A stretch of 64,000 nucleotides of DNA from contig OY769902.1 of the NCBI GenBank assembly GCA_963669175.1, forward strand, positions 192,001 to 256,000, read 5' to 3'. The position numbers and the translations under genes were made by a program. Shown here piece by piece: positions 60,873 through 64,000 of this stretch (positions are counted from its first letter, which is position 1; each line of letters begins with the position of its first letter). Under the pieces are notes generated by a model. The model saw only the letters and a list, made by a program, of their open reading frames with translations. It was not told where the DNA came from and did no database searches. The stretch is from a bacterium (GTDB lineage Bacteria > Electryoneota > Electryoneia > Electryoneales > Electryoneaceae).

Positions 60873-63209
60873 CTAAAACGTAAACGTCTTCGCGTTACCC
60901 AAACGATCAGTCAGGGTAACTTCATCCAACTGCACCGCGCCGGATTTGTTCTGTGGCACCTGGAAGCTGCCGGTATAGGCTGTCCCGGCTTCGTTCAACA
61001 GCAGCACACCCTGGTACGTAAAATCACCGATGTGTACCTTGAAAGGCGCGGCTTTCACCAGGCCGCCCGGATCTTTGCACTCGATGGTAATTTCGACACG
61101 CTCGCCGCCATTGGCCGTCCTCGGATTCACACGGCTTCCGGTAATGGATGGCGCGTCAGGATCGTACAGCACTTCCGCTTCCTGAATCCCCACATTCCGA
61201 GCATCATCAACCGCCTCAAAACGCAGTGCGTTTTTCCCTTTGGACAGCTCGACGGTTGCGATGAATTCACCGCTCATCACGGTCAGGGGCTTACCGTTCA
61301 GCGTGAGCTTCTCCCCGCCGCTCAGGGTGCCGTGGATCTCCAATGAAGAGTTCGCCACGGATACGGGAATCGGACGTGTGAAACTGATAACCGGTGGTTC
61401 GGTATCCACTTCCGCAGTGAAATTCTCCTGGTGTGTCGCCCCGGTCTGTGTGGTAACCGTAACCGAAAACTCATCGGCCTCGGTCAGCAGCGGCAGGCTC
61501 GCCTGGAAACGCCCGTCAGCGTCCGACTGCGTGTGTATCTCAAAACCGCCGGTAATGCTTTTGAATGCCAGATTGCACTGCGGGGTGGTGGTTCCGCTTA
61601 TAGCCAAAGCGCCGCCTGTCGCCACAAAACGGTTGGTGCCGAGGGTCGGCAATGATGGATCAAAGGTGATTACGATTTCACCTTCACGCACCAGCTTGAC
61701 AGTACGTTCGATAACCGTCTCGTTGCCTGCCCTATCTGTCGCGACAATCGCAATCACATTATCACCGGGCATAAGTCCGATGACCAAATTGTACTCACCG
61801 GCCGGGTTCACATTAGCTGAATGTCCGGCAACTCGCACCGTCGCTTCCGGTTCCGTAGCCCCGTTCACCTGTATCGAATCCGACGTCACCAGGATACCGT
61901 CTTCCGGGGAATGAACCACCAGGAACGGCGGGTTTTCATCGAGAATGATGGAAAAGGATGCGCCACGCCCCATCCGGCCAGCAAGGTTATCCGGCGTATA
62001 GGCCAGCACACGCCAGTAGTAGGCGCCATTGGTCAGGTCATCCGGTATCGGGAAACTGGTGGAACGCTGCTTTGCCGTGTGTAGAATACGTGAGAATTGC
62101 GCATCTTCTGCAATCTCGATCTTGTAGGAGCCAGCCCCATCCACACCGTTCCAGACCAGCTCACCTTCGGTATCGTAAAGCTCTGTGCCGTTCGCAGGCG
62201 TCACCAATTCCGGTGTGGGCAACAGGTTCTGCGGTTCACTCGGCGCCTGATTGCGTCGCACGACCGAGCCCTGGTTTTCTTCCAGCACAACACGGCTGCC
62301 TGCAGCGGCAATCGCCAGCTCGCCCTGGTAATTGGCAAAACTGGCCGCTTCGGTGGATTTGTTGACACGAAATGCCTGTGAATTGATTTCCGTCTCCACG
62401 CCTTCTACCTGGAAATCAAAAGCTTCCGTAGCCTTGCCACCGCCAAGCAATGCCAGCACATCGCCCTCGATCAGGCTTACACTGGCCTGTTCGCTGTTGG
62501 TCAGGCGGTTTTCACGCATGGACTGGATCAACGCCTGCGAGTTTTCCTGCAACTGGATACGGCTGTTGTTCTTGAACAGGATTTCAGCATAGGAGTTGGA
62601 CAACGTGCGAACCTTTTCCTTCTCCACGAAGCTGTCCTTCACCTGGCGTTCATACCAGGTATTGTCCGATGGTTTACGGCTCTGGACACTGCCACGCTTG
62701 AAGTGCAGCACTGCTTCGCTGGCGACGTCCTGCTGTTTCACGCTTGCATTCAGCGCGGTTTGGGCATGTTGGATCGATTGTTTGGCAAGCGAGGTGCATT
62801 CGGACCATTCGCCAGCCTTCCGGTGAACGATAGCCTGCTCACGGAAGTCGATAGCCGCCTGGATTTCATCGGCCGCGAACATCTTGGCGCCGGCACGGGT
62901 TGCTTCCTGGATAAGCTCTGTGCTTTTGTTGACGTTGTTATTGGCGTCGGTAATCGCTTTGACCGGGATTTTCAGTTTGGTTCCGGGACGCACCTGGTCC
63001 GGTGAAGTCAGCTCGTTGGCACGGAGAATATCCTCCCAAAGGTTTGGGTCTCCCAGGTACTGCTCCGCAATGGCTCGAATGCTCTGGTTGGGTTCAACCG
63101 TAATCACAACTTCCCTGCCCTGGGCGTGTGCATTCCCTCCCCAGACCATGCACACAAGCAGGAATAATAACGCGAACCCACTCCCGATTCTCCCCGGTCG
63201 TGCTATCAT
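60873..63209 (-). CDS. Secreted LysM + FecR + Fn3/Ig-like domain protein
   Basis: AAGGA RBS before the ATG at 63209; LysM (IAEQYLGDPNLWEDILRAN...PGTKLKIP); FecR (KVRTLSNSYAEILF); GAYYWRV; Ig-like ATDRAGN repeats. Confidence 0.88.
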   Translation of the reverse strand: MIARPGRIGSGFALLFLLVCMVWGGNAHAQGREVVITVEPNQSIRAIAEQYLGDPNLWEDILRANELTSPDQVRPGTKLKIPVKAITDANNNVNKSTELIQEATRAGAKMFAADEIQAAIDFREQAIVHRKAGEWSECTSLAKQSIQHAQTALNASVKQQDVASEAVLHFKRGSVQSRKPSDNTWYERQVKDSFVEKEKVRTLSNSYAEILFKNNSRIQLQENSQALIQSMRENRLTNSEQASVSLIEGDVLALLGGGKATEAFDFQVEGVETEINSQAFRVNKSTEAASFANYQGELAIAAAGSRVVLEENQGSVVRRNQAPSEPQNLLPTPELVTPANGTELYDTEGELVWNGVDGAGSYKIEIAEDAQFSRILHTAKQRSTSFPIPDDLTNGAYYWRVLAYTPDNLAGRMGRGASFSIILDENPPFLVVHSPEDGILVTSDSIQVNGATEPEATVRVAGHSANVNPAGEYNLVIGLMPGDNVIAIVATDRAGNETVIERTVKLVREGEIVITFDPSLPTLGTNRFVATGGALAISGTTTPQCNLAFKSITGGFEIHTQSDADGRFQASLPLLTEADEFSVTVTTQTGATHQENFTAEVDTEPPVISFTRPIPVSVANSSLEIHGTLSGGEKLTLNGKPLTVMSGEFIATVELSKGKNALRFEAVDDARNVGIQEAEVLYDPDAPSITGSRVNPRTANGGERVEITIECKDPGGLVKAAPFKVHIGDFTYQGVLLLNEAGTAYTGSFQVPQNKSGAVQLDEVTLTDRLGNAKTFTF

Positions 63210-63792
63210 TTTCCGTCCTTGTCCTGAACAATACTGATCCGCACCAGCCTTCATAGCAAGATACAATGAGAAATGTACTCAAATGAAAGGCGCTTCGTTG
63301 GCTATCATGCCTCTCTTTTGAACAGAGTACCACTATTCACTCAATCGGTAAGTTTCTGGGAATAGTTTATGAAAGGGAGAGATGAATGCGTGTTTCGCAG
63401 TAGTGAATCAACTATTGGTGACAGATGACCCGATGCACACGCAAGGACGAGTAGCCCGATGCACTCGTGAGAGTAATAATGTTTCTGTTGATGAACGGGT
63501 ACTATGAGACGGCCCTGATCTGCGACGCAACCAGGCGTGGATCGGGATGGCGGGTGGCCCGATTTGCCGGAAGTGCGACATGATTCTTTAAAATGTTGAC
63601 AACACTTGTGAGTCGTTGTCCTGTGATGCGGACGATGAGCAAGTCAGGATCGCGCAAGGGTTCAACATCCAAAATCAGGATAGATTTTTTACTTGTGTCA
63701 CTATCCCAACTTTGCCCATCAGCGCCGATATAAAAGGAAGTCCTGTTTCCGTATCATGCGCGGCATTGGTATCACCATCATCACAGGGCTAA

Positions 63793-63812
63793 ATCGGGCC
63801 ACCCGACCTACA
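63793..63812 (-). repeat. GTAG-type REP hairpin
   Basis: Reverse complement gtaggtcgggtggcccgatt; core gggtggcccgatt also at 63552 and 34284. Confidence 0.6.
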
Positions 63813-63844
63813 CCCTTCCCTGGACTGATCTTTCTCTGATACAA

Positions 63845-64000
63845 TCACAACGGATCAGGAACAACATCCTCGCGCCAGGCGACAATATCGAACATGGCAG
63901 CGCCGTTGCCATCAATCGCATTGACGAAGCATGGCGGCGCACTATCATCCAAACGGATATCGTAGAGGTAATTCTTTGCATACCCGGTGCCACCGCAATT
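63845..64000 (-). CDS. C-terminus of a gene entering from the right edge (PilX/DUF4900-like tail)
   Basis: Open frame NCGGTGYAKNYLYDIRLDDSAPPCF...DPL*; the TGYxKxYxYDxRL...PPxF ending resembles PilX-N/DUF4900-type proteins. Confidence 0.55.
   Translation of the reverse strand, partial: NCGGTGYAKNYLYDIRLDDSAPPCFVNAIDGNGAAMFDIVAWREDVVPDPL

Noticed and set aside
63808-63993. 61-aa minus-strand ORF in the track
   Set aside because: A different frame (63845-64000) gives a more protein-like C-terminus.

Overview
Gram-negative bacterial chromosome segment, probably from a non-Bacteroidota FCB-superphylum lineage (inferred from a PorV-family gene and five secreted proteins ending in a PNPFNP-type type IX secretion (T9SS) C-terminal domain, CTD). 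Recognisable genes: Fic, thioesterase, tRNA-Arg(CCG), yitJ-like methyltransferase/MTHFR, SDR, lolCDE-type transporter, clpC, rfbA, two SpoIIE/PP2C sensor phosphatases, and an ArsR-permease-thioredoxin-CcdA locus with two matching operators. No CRISPR array, transposase or integrase is visible. Main leads: (1) three secreted proteins carry an x-E-L-D motif at the propeptide/mature-domain junction, one being a gingipain-like C25 (caspase-fold) protein, suggesting a dedicated maturation system; (2) at least five families of palindromic REP/MITE-like elements fill the intergenic space, bracket secreted-protein genes in matched pairs and sit next to truncated genes; (3) a LysM-FecR / 15xPKD / Cache-HAMP-SpoIIE module and a FecR-beta-barrel fusion suggest trans-envelope signalling; (4) several intact genes lack their catalytic motifs (His-less hybrid kinase, dead PLD + EVE-like domain, IspD-like, tip-less MCP). 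All domain calls were made by eye from motifs; no database searches were run.
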